From positions 1 to 62,161 of the forward strand of contig JAXDQP010000052.1 in NCBI GenBank assembly GCA_034667745.1: 62,161 nt of DNA, written 5' to 3'. The position numbers were made by a program, and so were the translations under genes. This DNA is from Thermoplasmata archaeon (GTDB lineage Archaea > Thermoplasmatota > E2 > JACPAO01 > JAHFTW01). This document shows positions 26,400 to 34,989 of the stretch, one piece after another. Numbering within the stretch: position 1 is the stretch's first letter; each line of letters starts with the position of its first letter. The notes below the pieces were generated by a model, which saw only the letters and a program-made list of their open reading frames with translations, was not told the DNA's origin and did not search any database.

Positions 26400-26948
26400 T
26401 TAGAACAGCAGGCCGAGCGACGACAGCTCGGCGGTGATCTTGTCGACGGCCTCTTCGGCGTCTTCCTTCTTGCGGGCGCCGGTGCACACCAGCTTGCCGC
26501 TGCCGAAGATGAGGACGACGACCTTGGGGTCGGTGAGGCGGTAGACGAGGCCGGGGAACTGCTCAGGCTCGTACTCGACGTTCTCCAGGCCGAGGCCGAT
26601 GGCGATGGCGTTGAGGTTCAGCTCGGCGCCGAGGTCGCTCGTGGCGACGATGTTCTGGATGGTGATCTCGGGGTCGTCGATGGTCTCGAACCCGTTGGCG
26701 CGCAACTGGTCGCACACGATGCCGACGGCGGTGTGGACCTCCTCGATGCTCTTGGCGCCGGTGCAGACGACCTTGCCGCTGCGGAAGATGAGCGCCGCGG
26801 TCTTCGGCTCGGGGACGCGAAAGACGAGGCCGGGGAACTGCTCCGGCTCGTACTCGGCGTTCGAGAAGGTGGCGCTGATGGCGTTGAGGTCGAGCTCCTC
26901 GCCAATCGAGGTGCTGGCGACGACGTTCTGGATGTGGATGACTGCCAT
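26400..26948 (-). CDS. tbp: TATA-box-binding protein
   Basis: Two direct repeats, 'IQNVVAS...[13 protein letters not shown]...[10 protein letters not shown]' and 'IQNIVAT...[13 protein letters not shown]...[10 protein letters not shown]'. ATG 26948; GTG 26957 is also possible. Confidence 0.9.
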   Translation of the reverse strand: MAVIHIQNVVASTSIGEELDLNAISATFSNAEYEPEQFPGLVFRVPEPKTAALIFRSGKVVCTGAKSIEEVHTAVGIVCDQLRANGFETIDDPEITIQNIVATSDLGAELNLNAIAIGLGLENVEYEPEQFPGLVYRLTDPKVVVLIFGSGKLVCTGARKKEDAEEAVDKITAELSSLGLLF

Positions 26949-26986
26949 GGGAGCCACTTCCGGGCAGCATCGCCAAGAAAAAGACG

Positions 26987-26994
26987 TATATAAA
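26987..26994 (-). promoter_or_regulatory. TATA box of tbp (TTTATATA)
   Basis: The minus strand reads TTTATATA, 30-39 nt upstream of the two candidate tbp starts. This matches the archaeal TATA consensus. Confidence 0.7.
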
Positions 26995-27075
26995 GGTCGG
27001 GTGGGGGGTCAAAAGTCCGCTATAAGCGCCTTATCAATCCACAATCTCCTTTATCTACAGGGGAATCGGCCCGGC

Positions 27076-27981
27076 GTGGCCCTCTCGCTCGGCGTCGTCA
27101 CCCTGTGGACGGTGCTGGCCGCCACGCCGGTCGCGCTGCTGCTGTTCGAGCGGCGCCGCTGGACCGGCGGGCTGTGGGCCAACATGGTCCGCCTCGCCAC
27201 CGACTACACGTGGAACTTCCTGCTCTTCGCCGTCATCGTCATCGAGAAGGGCTGGGTGGACAGCCTCAACGACCGCGTGCGCGGCGTCTTCGGCGACAAG
27301 ACCTGGCTCATCTGGAAAATCGAGGGCCCCGCCGTCTACCACATCCAGCACGCGCTGCAGAACCCCGCGTTCACCGCGTTCCTGAACGTCCACTACCTCT
27401 GGGCCTACGTCTTCATCACCTACTTCGCGGTCATGCTGTGGGCCTACCGCGACGACCGCGAGCTGGCCGACCTCGCCTCGCTCACGTACTCCATCATCTA
27501 CCTCCTCGCGGTGCCGTTCTACATCTTCTTCAACGTGCAGGTGACGAGCCGCTACATCCCCGGCGTGCGCAGCCTGCTCTACAACGCCGGCCCCGGCTGG
27601 CACAGCTTCTTCCTCGCGCACGACCCGCTGGACAACGCGTTCCCCAGCCTCCACATCGCCATCCCGTTCGGCCTGATTTGCGTGGCGTGGTGGACAATGA
27701 GGCGGCGCGGCTACACCCTGCGCGACTGGGAGCACCGCGGCTTCCTCTGGTTCCTCATCGGCAACACGGCGCTCTTCGCCTTCAGCATCCTCTACCTCGG
27801 CATCCACTGGATCACCGACATCCCTGGCGGCATCCTCGTCGGCCTGCTGGGCGCCACCATCGCCGACGAGTTCCACAACGAGTTCGCGCGCGCCTTCGCC
27901 CGCATGCAGCAGGTCCTCGGCGCCCCCTTCCGCTGGCTGTTCCGCGAGGGCGGCAAGCTGCGCCTGCCACAGCCCAAGTGA
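27076..27981 (+). CDS. PAP2-superfamily membrane protein (Aur1/Ipt1-like)
   Basis: Polytopic. 'FPSLHIAIPF' and 'LGIHWITDIPGG' correspond to PAP2 motifs C2/C3. GTG 27076 lies about 25 nt after a 'TTTATCTA' box. Confidence 0.65.
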   Translation: MALSLGVVTLWTVLAATPVALLLFERRRWTGGLWANMVRLATDYTWNFLLFAVIVIEKGWVDSLNDRVRGVFGDKTWLIWKIEGPAVYHIQHALQNPAFTAFLNVHYLWAYVFITYFAVMLWAYRDDRELADLASLTYSIIYLLAVPFYIFFNVQVTSRYIPGVRSLLYNAGPGWHSFFLAHDPLDNAFPSLHIAIPFGLICVAWWTMRRRGYTLRDWEHRGFLWFLIGNTALFAFSILYLGIHWITDIPGGILVGLLGATIADEFHNEFARAFARMQQVLGAPFRWLFREGGKLRLPQPK

Positions 27982-28066
27982 GAAACCACGGACTCGACAT
28001 TTTTCACGAATCGCCGACTTGGGGCAGGCAAAAAGAGGTTCGTGCAATCCGTGCAATTCGCGGGTT
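27982..28066. repeat. Palindromic 9-nt-phased element (CACGGA/CGCGAA flavour)
   Basis: Left arm GAAACCACGGA...TTTTTCACGAATCGCC. Loop containing GGCAAAAAGA. Right arm GGTTCGTGCAATCCGTGCAATTCGCGGGTT. Begins at the first base after the PAP2 gene stop. Confidence 0.7.
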
Positions 28067-28139
28067 AGGTTGTGGGCCGTGCGCAAGTCCGCCTCCCTCC
28101 CCCGGCACGCTTATTGTCACCAGCTTTGTAAGCAGGCCC

Positions 28140-28850
28140 GTGGGCGAGGAGGATGGCGACGGCGCGGCGGCGGAAACCCCGCGCCAGGAGGCCGCCGTCG
28201 CGCGCAGGCTCTCCCGCGAGGCGACGCTGCGCGACCGCATCGTCGAGCACCTGCGGACGCACGACCACGACTCCATCAGCGGCATCGCGCGCGCCCTGAG
28301 CGACGGCCGCGCGGCGCCCATCCACCGCCTAACCGTGGCGGGTTATCTGCAGGCGATGGCGGAGGCCGGCATCCTGCGCGAACTGGAGCGCCCGCCCAGC
28401 AAGGAGTACAAGCTCGCCAACCCGGAGGCGCACTGGAGCCTGCACCAGCGCGTCCACCGCGCCCTCTCGGACACGCCGCGCAGCGAGCCGGAGAAGGCCC
28501 GCCTCGCCCTCGCCGCGCTCCAGGTCCTGCTCGGCCGCCCGGTCTTCCAGGCCGAACTGCACCACGCGGGCTTCGCGCAGCTTCCCCCCGGCCTCGACAA
28601 GGTCGTCGTCGGCGACGCCGTCCGCCGCGCCTACCGCGACCTCTTCAGCCGCCGCGCCAGCCCCCGCATCGACGTCCCGCCCCGCGACCCGCTGTTCGCG
28701 CTCCCCACCGGCGACCCGCTGCTGGAGAGCGCGGCCGTCGACGAGCTGGTGCGCAAGGTCCTGGTGAAGGCGACCGGCGCCGAGCACCTGCTGGCCGAGC
28801 GCCCCGCCGGCCCCGCGCAGGCCCAGCTTGCCCTCGGAGGCGCGCAGTGA
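28140..28850 (+). CDS. Winged-helix DNA-binding protein, function unknown
   Basis: wHTH-like 'LRDRIVEHLRTHDHDSISGIARALS...LTVAGYLQAMAEAGILRELERPPSKEYKL'. GTG start. Its stop overlaps the cca start (GTGA). Confidence 0.55.
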   Translation: MGEEDGDGAAAETPRQEAAVARRLSREATLRDRIVEHLRTHDHDSISGIARALSDGRAAPIHRLTVAGYLQAMAEAGILRELERPPSKEYKLANPEAHWSLHQRVHRALSDTPRSEPEKARLALAALQVLLGRPVFQAELHHAGFAQLPPGLDKVVVGDAVRRAYRDLFSRRASPRIDVPPRDPLFALPTGDPLLESAAVDELVRKVLVKATGAEHLLAERPAGPAQAQLALGGAQ

Positions 28851-30208
28851 GCCTCACGCCGCTGGAGCGCGAGGTCCTGACCCGCGTCACGCCCACGCCC
28901 GAGGAGGAGCGCGCCATCCAGGCCACCGCCGCCGACCTCGTCGCCCGCCTCGACCGCGAGGTGGCGCGCGAGAAGGTGCCCGGCCACGCCACGCTGCAAG
29001 GCTCCGTCGCCAAGGGCACCTGGCTGCGCGGCGGCGCCGACCTCGACGCGTTCCTGCTGCTCGACCCCGCCGTGCCGCAGGACCAGCTGGAGCGCGTGGC
29101 GCTCGCCATCGGCCCGCGCGTGCTGGAGGGCTGCCACAAGCGCTACGCGCAGCACCCCTACGCCATCGGCACGTTCCGCGGCCTCCAGGTGGACCTCGTG
29201 CCCGCCTACAAGGTCGCGGCCGCGGGCGCCAAGATGAGCGCCGTGGACCGCACGCCGTTCCACACCGCCTGGGTCCGCGGGAACCTTGCGGGGAAGGAGG
29301 GCGAGGTGCGGCTGGCGAAGAAGTGGATGAAGGGCACCGGCACCTACGGCGCGCAGACCGCGCTCGGCGGCTTCAGCGGCTACCTCGTCGAGGTCCTCGT
29401 GGCGCGCCTCGGCTCCTTCGCGGGGCTCGTCGACTGGCTCGCCGCCGACGCCAAGCCGCGCCGCATCGCGCTGGGCGCGGACCAGGTCAAGGACGACGTC
29501 GCGCCGCTCGTGGTCGTGGACCCGGTGGACCCGGCGCGCAACTGCGCCGCCGCCGTCAGCGCGGGCACGCTCCACCTCGCCGTCGAGGCCGCGCGCGCCT
29601 ACCGCAAGGCGCCGCACGCGAAGTTCTTCGAGCCCAACCCGCCCCGCGCCGAGCCGCCCGCCGCGCTGCACGCCGCCCTCGCCGCGCGTCGCGAGTCCTG
29701 GATGGGGCTCCTGCTGCGGCCGCGCACGCCCCGCCTCGACATCGTGTTCCCGCAGTTTCAGAAGGCCGCGCGCTCCGTCGAAGCCGCGCTGGAGGCCGCC
29801 GGCTTCCCGGTGCGCGCCGCGACGGCCACCGCCAACCCCGCCGAGGACGCCGTCCTCCTCCAGTGGCTCGCGAGCGCCGCCGAGCTGCCGGCGACGCGCG
29901 TCCACCCCGGCCCCGCCGACGGCCCCGCCCCCAACGTGCAGCGCTTCAGGGAGAAATGGGCCGCCAGCCCCGACGCCGTGGGCCCGGTGCGCGTGGGGCC
30001 CGGCGGCCGCCTCGAGGTCACGCTGCGCGTCCACCACCGCACCGCGCCGGACTGGCTGCGCGCGGGCCTGCCGACGCTGCCGCTGGGCCGCCACATCCAG
30101 GACGCGATGCCCGACGCGGCGCTGCTGGACGACCCCGCCAAGGTCCCGCCCGAGTGGGGGCCCGGCGTGGCGGACCTCGTCCTGGCGCGCCGGCCGTGGG
30201 AGCGCTAG
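28847..30208 (+). CDS. cca: CCA-adding enzyme (archaeal class I tRNA nucleotidyltransferase)
   Basis: 'LQGSVAKGTWLRGGADLDAFLLL', 'DLVPAY' and 'AVDRTPFHTAWV' are the class I CCA enzyme signatures. Confidence 0.85.
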   Translation: MSLTPLEREVLTRVTPTPEEERAIQATAADLVARLDREVAREKVPGHATLQGSVAKGTWLRGGADLDAFLLLDPAVPQDQLERVALAIGPRVLEGCHKRYAQHPYAIGTFRGLQVDLVPAYKVAAAGAKMSAVDRTPFHTAWVRGNLAGKEGEVRLAKKWMKGTGTYGAQTALGGFSGYLVEVLVARLGSFAGLVDWLAADAKPRRIALGADQVKDDVAPLVVVDPVDPARNCAAAVSAGTLHLAVEAARAYRKAPHAKFFEPNPPRAEPPAALHAALAARRESWMGLLLRPRTPRLDIVFPQFQKAARSVEAALEAAGFPVRAATATANPAEDAVLLQWLASAAELPATRVHPGPADGPAPNVQRFREKWAASPDAVGPVRVGPGGRLEVTLRVHHRTAPDWLRAGLPTLPLGRHIQDAMPDAALLDDPAKVPPEWGPGVADLVLARRPWER

Positions 30209-30209
30209 C

Positions 30210-31025
30210 GTGCGCCTGCACGTCGTGGGGCAGCGCGAGCTGACGCTGGTCGCGGCCACGGAGGACGGCCTGCGGGAGGTCCCTCTTGCCGGCGGCTTCC
30301 GCTGGAAGGTCGACGGCATGCGCACCTGCGTCGGCAAGGCCGGCGGCGCGCACACGCCTTGCCCTGAGTCGCGCATCGTCACGCAGGACGCGCAGTGCCT
30401 CGCCTGCTCGGGCTTCGAGTCGCCGGAGTGCGTCTTCGAGCCGCGCTGCCAGGCCAACCCAAGCTCCTGCACCTGCGTCGCCTCGTTCAAGGGCGTCGAG
30501 CACGTGGTCTACGCGGCCTTCTACGGCACGCTGCCCAAGGTCGGCATGACGCAGGCGTGGCGCGTGCAGAGGCGCCTCCGGGAGCAGGGCGCCGACGCGT
30601 GGTTCACCATCCAGGGCGGCCTCGACCGCCCCACCGCCCGCATGACGGAGCGCGCCATCTCCCTCCTGTACCGCCTGCCGGAGCACCGCAGCCACCGCGA
30701 GGTGCTGCCGCTGCTGGCGCGGCCCGTCCCGTGGGACCTGGTGGAGCGCCGCGCCGACGAGCTGCGCGAACGCCTCGCCGCCCGCTACGCCGTCGAGCGC
30801 GCCACGCACCGCATCGCGGACCACCCCGTGCAGCAGCCGCTCCCCGGCCTGCCCCGCCGCGCCCCCACGCACGGCGAGCACGCGGGCACCTGGCTCGGCG
30901 CGAAGGGCAACCACCTGTTCTACGAGGAGGCGCCCCGGCCCGGGCGGCTCGTGGTGGGCTCGGCGCCGATTGTCGGCCTCAAGCGCAGCGACCTCCTGGG
31001 CCGCCACCTGACCATGCTGGACTGA
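30210..31025 (+). CDS. Cys-rich protein, possibly DUF2797-like (zinc ribbon plus 'KVGMT' core)
   Basis: 271 aa. Eight Cys lie between residues about 40 and 90 ('CLACSGFESPECVFEPRCQANPSSCTC'), followed by 'VVYAAFYGTLPKVGMTQAWRVQRRLREQGA'. The GTG start is 1 nt after the cca stop. Confidence 0.55.
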   Translation: MRLHVVGQRELTLVAATEDGLREVPLAGGFRWKVDGMRTCVGKAGGAHTPCPESRIVTQDAQCLACSGFESPECVFEPRCQANPSSCTCVASFKGVEHVVYAAFYGTLPKVGMTQAWRVQRRLREQGADAWFTIQGGLDRPTARMTERAISLLYRLPEHRSHREVLPLLARPVPWDLVERRADELRERLAARYAVERATHRIADHPVQQPLPGLPRRAPTHGEHAGTWLGAKGNHLFYEEAPRPGRLVVGSAPIVGLKRSDLLGRHLTMLD

Positions 31026-31041
31026 CTCCCTGCCGGGAGGG

Positions 31042-31788
31042 TCAGCGGCGGCGGGCGAAGGCCGCAACCGCGATGCCCAGCAGCGGGGCGAGGAAGCCGC
31101 CGGGCGCGCCGTGCGAGGCCGTCGCCGGAGGCATCACGGAGGCGGTGCTGAAGCGGAACGATTCGACGCCGAAGCCCTCCTTGAAGTAGGCGCCGCTGGC
31201 GCTGCTCTTGGCCTTCACGAAGACGTCGGTGACGCCCCCCTTGGCCGCCATCTTGTCGAGCGCCGCCTGGTCGGGGTCGCCGCTGTGCGTGAAGGTCACC
31301 TTGATGGGCAGCTGGTAGTCGTAGTAGATGATGGGCGAGCCCGGGGTGGACTGGTCGATGCGCATGTTCGCGGGCGACACCAGGGCGACCGCGTCGATGG
31401 TGATGCTCGGGGGGTCCATCTTGAAGGTGAGCCACTTCGGGTTGGTGGAGACGCCGGAGAAGCTGACCTGCACCGGCTCCTGGCCGGGCGGGTAGGTGAG
31501 GTCCTCGCTGAGCTTCCAGTAGTAGCGGAAGGTGCCCTCGAAGGTCACCGACTGGCCCTTGGCGGGCAGCTGCACGCACTTGGCCAGGTCGATGTTCCCG
31601 GGGGCGCCGCTGCACTTGGGCTTGCTGGGGAACTCCAGGTCCACGATGGGCGTGATGTAGCCGCACGGCGGCCCGAAGCAGTTGGCGCCCGCGCCGCCGT
31701 CCGCCCGTGCAGCTTCCTGCGCGGCGGCCGCCTGCGCGGCGGGGGCGAGGAGGACGGCCAGGGACAGGAGGAGGGCGGCGCGCTGCAC
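31042..31788 (-). CDS. Secreted protein with a PGF-CTERM-like sorting tail
   Basis: Signal 'LLLSLAVLLAPAAQA'. C-terminus 'APGGFLAPLLGIAVAAFARRR' (P-G-(G)-F, a hydrophobic helix, then Arg). GTG start. Confidence 0.6.
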   Translation of the reverse strand: MQRAALLLSLAVLLAPAAQAAAAQEAARADGGAGANCFGPPCGYITPIVDLEFPSKPKCSGAPGNIDLAKCVQLPAKGQSVTFEGTFRYYWKLSEDLTYPPGQEPVQVSFSGVSTNPKWLTFKMDPPSITIDAVALVSPANMRIDQSTPGSPIIYYDYQLPIKVTFTHSGDPDQAALDKMAAKGGVTDVFVKAKSSASGAYFKEGFGVESFRFSTASVMPPATASHGAPGGFLAPLLGIAVAAFARRR

Positions 31789-31875
31789 GGCCCGCCAATC
31801 CAGGCGGACCTCCGATAAGCTTTGTCGTCAGGCCATACCTGTTCGCTCCATCCGGGGCGCCGCCGAAGCCTCCCA

Positions 31876-31920
31876 CATTTTCGCATTGCGTCGATTTCGT
31901 GAACGGGTTTCGGGCCGAAC
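31876..31920. repeat. Degenerate 9-nt-phased element
   Basis: TTTTCGCAT TGCGTCGAT TTCGTGAAC GGGTTTCGG, with the same phasing and TCG/CGA core as the other copies. Weaker match. Confidence 0.4.
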
Positions 31921-31997
31921 TGGCAACAGTTGGATGCCAACCTACATGAGGCCCGGGCCGCTGCTGCCGGATTGCGATTCCGGCTTGCCGGGACGGG

Positions 31998-32273
31998 ATG
32001 AGTACGATGGGCGACGACCATGTGCTGCGCTGCGACTGCTGCGGGGAGGTCCGCCTCTGGCCGCCCCTGGCGGGCGTCGACATGAGCTTCCTGGCCGGCA
32101 AGCGCTGCCTCAGCCACGCCTGCTACTCCCACCGCGAGCGCTGCGAGGGCCGCTACCGCCCGCTGGAGGGCTCCGCCCTGGCCGCCGTGCGGGGCGAGGT
32201 GGCGGCGCTGCCGGGGCACGGCATCGGCCCCGAGGGGTGGCAGGTGCGCCCGCCCCTCCCGCCGGAACCATGA
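31998..32273 (+). CDS. Small Cys-rich (zinc-finger-like) protein
   Basis: 91 aa. 'LRCDCCGEV...GKRCLSHACYSHRERCEG'. Nearly all codons end in G/C. Lies 33 nt upstream of the MBL gene. Confidence 0.4.
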   Translation: MSTMGDDHVLRCDCCGEVRLWPPLAGVDMSFLAGKRCLSHACYSHRERCEGRYRPLEGSALAAVRGEVAALPGHGIGPEGWQVRPPLPPEP

Positions 32274-32306
32274 AATCACACGGAGCGACTGGGCCGCCCG
32301 TGAAGT

Positions 32307-33170
32307 GTGTTGACCGAGCTGACATTCCTGGGGACCGGCGGAGGCCGGTTCACCACCATCAGCCAGCTCCGCCAGACCGGCGGCATGTACCTGCGCGACC
32401 GGGGCCTGCGCGCTAACCTGGACCCCGGGCCGGGCGCCCTGGTGCACATGCACCGCTACGGGCTCGACCCCACCAAGACCGACGCCATCCTGGTGACGCA
32501 CGCCCACCCCGACCACTGGACGGACGCCGCCATCCTGCTGGAGGGCATCACGCGCGGCGGCCTCGACCGCAAGGGCACCCTCGTCGCCCCCCGCTCCGTC
32601 CTGCGCGGCACCACCGGGCCGCAGGGCGACCCGATTGGCCCAGTTGTCACGAAGTACCACCAGCAGATGGTGAAGGAGCTGCACGAGGTCAAGGCCGGCA
32701 GCACCCTCACGCTGGAGGGCATGTACGAGTGCGCGGCCACGCGGCAGGACCACAGCGACCCCGACACCGTCGGCTACCGGCTCAAGCTGACGCACGGCCA
32801 GTTCAGCTACATCCCCGACGGCACCTACTTCGACGGCCTCGCGGACCTGCACCAGGGCAGCCGCCTCGTGGTGTGCCAGATGACCCGGGGCGGCAGCGAC
32901 CGCATCCCGTGGCACATGTGCACCGACGACGTCGAGCGCCTCGCGGACCAGATTCGCCCGCGCCTGCTGCTGCTGACGCACTTCGGCTACAAGACGCTCA
33001 AGGAGGGCGACCCCGGCGTGTGGGCGCAGCGCATCACCGAGCGCACCGGCGTCCCCACCGTGGCCGCCCGCGACGGCCTGCGCGTCACCATGGGCTCCAC
33101 GTTCGAGATGGAGATGGTGGGCGGCACCGTGCCGGTCACTTCCGCCGCCGAGCCGATGCTGCCCGGATAG
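32307..33170 (+). CDS. MBL-fold metallo-hydrolase
   Basis: 'LGTGGG' and 'ILVTHAHPDHWTD' (the HxHxDH motif). GTG start. Confidence 0.8.
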   Translation: MLTELTFLGTGGGRFTTISQLRQTGGMYLRDRGLRANLDPGPGALVHMHRYGLDPTKTDAILVTHAHPDHWTDAAILLEGITRGGLDRKGTLVAPRSVLRGTTGPQGDPIGPVVTKYHQQMVKELHEVKAGSTLTLEGMYECAATRQDHSDPDTVGYRLKLTHGQFSYIPDGTYFDGLADLHQGSRLVVCQMTRGGSDRIPWHMCTDDVERLADQIRPRLLLLTHFGYKTLKEGDPGVWAQRITERTGVPTVAARDGLRVTMGSTFEMEMVGGTVPVTSAAEPMLPG

Positions 33171-33178
33171 CACCGCCT

Positions 33179-33236
33179 GAACCACGGTTCCACGGTTGCA
33201 CGGAAGTTCCGTTCCGTGGCCCCGCGCAACCCGTGG
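33179..33236. repeat. Palindromic phased element (CACGG flavour, 8-9 nt phase)
   Basis: GAACCACGGTTCCACGGTTGCACGGAAGTTCCGTTCCGTGGCCCCGCGCAACCCGTGG, located 9 nt after the MBL gene stop. Confidence 0.7.
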
Positions 33237-33264
33237 CCTGGGAAGGCGACGACGCGACCTGAAC

Positions 33265-33272
33265 CGTTAAGT
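33265..33272 (+). promoter_or_regulatory. TTAAG-type promoter box (CGTTAAGT)
   Basis: Lies 23 nt upstream of ATG 33295. Confidence 0.5.
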
Positions 33273-33294
33273 CGCCGCCCCCCGATTTGCCCGC

Positions 33295-34989
33295 ATGGCC
33301 GTGCCGCGCCGCCTCCTGACGGTCGTGGCCGGCGCCGCCCTGGCCCTGCTCGGCCTCGCCGTTGGCGCCGAGCTGCAGCACGAGGGGTTCCTGCCGCCGG
33401 ACGCCACGGTGCAGGCGCAGATCAACCAGCAGGGCGCCACCGGCGACCCCATCCCGCTCAGCGGCGTCCTCGTCGCGGCCGGGCTCGCCCTCGCCGCCGC
33501 CCCCCTCGCCCTCGCGGTGCAGGACCGCCGCCTGCCCCGGCTCCAGGCGTGGGGCGAGCGCGCCGGCCTGCTCGCGGCCCTCGCCGTCGCGGCCTACCTC
33601 CTCGTCAACCTCGTGCAGACGGCGTTCCCGTCCGCGGTCATCGTCACCTCCGGCGGGCAGCGCGGCGGCTCCTTCACCAACAACCTCCTCGCCGCCGACA
33701 GCCCCGCCGTCCCCTCCGCGCTGCTGCCGGTCTTCGGCTTGCTCCTGGCGGGCCTGCTCGCCCTGCTGTGGGTGCTGCAGCGGCTCGTCGCGCCCCCCGA
33801 CGAGGCGCCGTGGGCCGACCCGCCAGCGCCGGACCCGGCGCGCATCCTGCACCGCCAGCTCGGCCTCCTGCTGTTGGCGACGCCGTTCGCCGGGCTGGCC
33901 GCGTGGGGCGCGCTCCGCCTCGTCGCCGGCACCCCCGCAGGGCAGGCGGGCGACGCCTTCCGCATCGTCCTCCCGCTCGCCGCGCTGGTGCTGCTCGGCC
34001 TGCTCGCGACGGGCGCCCTCAAGGCGTGGCAGGTGGTGCGCTACCTCCGCGAGCCGCGCGCCGCCCCGCTGTGCGAGGAGGCGTGGACCGGCGCCGGCCG
34101 CGCGGAGGCGTGGCTTGCGGGCTCCCTCGCGGCCTTGGCGGCAGTCACCGCGTTCCTCAAGCCCCTGGCGCAGCCGCTGCTGGAGACCGGCCAGACCTTC
34201 GGCAGCGACCTTCCCCGCCACGTCCAGGCGCTCCTGCTGGTCCTCGTGCCGCTCGTCCCCGCGTGGCGCCTGCACCGCGACGGCCAGCGCCTCTTCTCCG
34301 GGCCGCCCGTCCGCTCCCCCGCCCCCACCGCGTGGGCCACCGCGCGCCCCTTCGCCGCCGCCGGCCTCTCGTTCGCGCTCGCGAGCGCGGCGACGCTGCT
34401 GGACCTCGGCCCCCTCGCGGGCTGGATGCTCGCCACCGCCCCCGCCGCGGCGGCCGCCCTCGCCCTGCGCCCCGTCCGCCCCGGCGTCGCGCTCCTGCTC
34501 GTTACCGCGTGGGCCACCTGGTGCCTCGGCAACTCCTTCTCCGCCACCTACGACCCCTCCGACGCAGCCCTCATCCAGTTCCACGGCAGCCCCGGCGTGC
34601 TGGCCCTCTGGCGCCAGCTCGGCGCGGCCCTGGCGGGCGTGGCGGTCGCGCGCCTCGCCCACGCCGCCGGCCACGCGCAGGGCGCCCGCGTCGTCTGGCC
34701 GCTGGCCGCCGGGACGGGCCTCTGCGTCGTCGCCCTCGCGCTGCTGGAGCTGCCGCTCTCCATCTGGACCGAGTCCAGCACGCACGGCCAGGTGGTCGCG
34801 GTCGGCTCCGCCATCGCCTCGCAGGAGCCCGCCGTGCAGGCCGTCATGCACGTCATCGCCCTCGCCGCCGCCCTCGCCGCCGCCGTCATGGTGGCCCGCC
34901 TCTGCCGGCCCGGCTGGTTCCGCTCCGGCCGCCGGCCCTTCGCCATGCAGGCGGCGCGTCCCATTGCCGGCGCGCAGCGGCCCAATTGA
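33295..34989 (+). CDS. Polytopic membrane protein, function unknown
   Basis: 564 aa, Ala/Leu-rich, with more than 10 hydrophobic segments. The two alternative same-strand frames are Arg/Pro/Ser junk. A 'CGTTAAGT' box lies 23 nt upstream of the ATG. Confidence 0.6.
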   Translation: MAVPRRLLTVVAGAALALLGLAVGAELQHEGFLPPDATVQAQINQQGATGDPIPLSGVLVAAGLALAAAPLALAVQDRRLPRLQAWGERAGLLAALAVAAYLLVNLVQTAFPSAVIVTSGGQRGGSFTNNLLAADSPAVPSALLPVFGLLLAGLLALLWVLQRLVAPPDEAPWADPPAPDPARILHRQLGLLLLATPFAGLAAWGALRLVAGTPAGQAGDAFRIVLPLAALVLLGLLATGALKAWQVVRYLREPRAAPLCEEAWTGAGRAEAWLAGSLAALAAVTAFLKPLAQPLLETGQTFGSDLPRHVQALLLVLVPLVPAWRLHRDGQRLFSGPPVRSPAPTAWATARPFAAAGLSFALASAATLLDLGPLAGWMLATAPAAAAALALRPVRPGVALLLVTAWATWCLGNSFSATYDPSDAALIQFHGSPGVLALWRQLGAALAGVAVARLAHAAGHAQGARVVWPLAAGTGLCVVALALLELPLSIWTESSTHGQVVAVGSAIASQEPAVQAVMHVIALAAALAAAVMVARLCRPGWFRSGRRPFAMQAARPIAGAQRPN

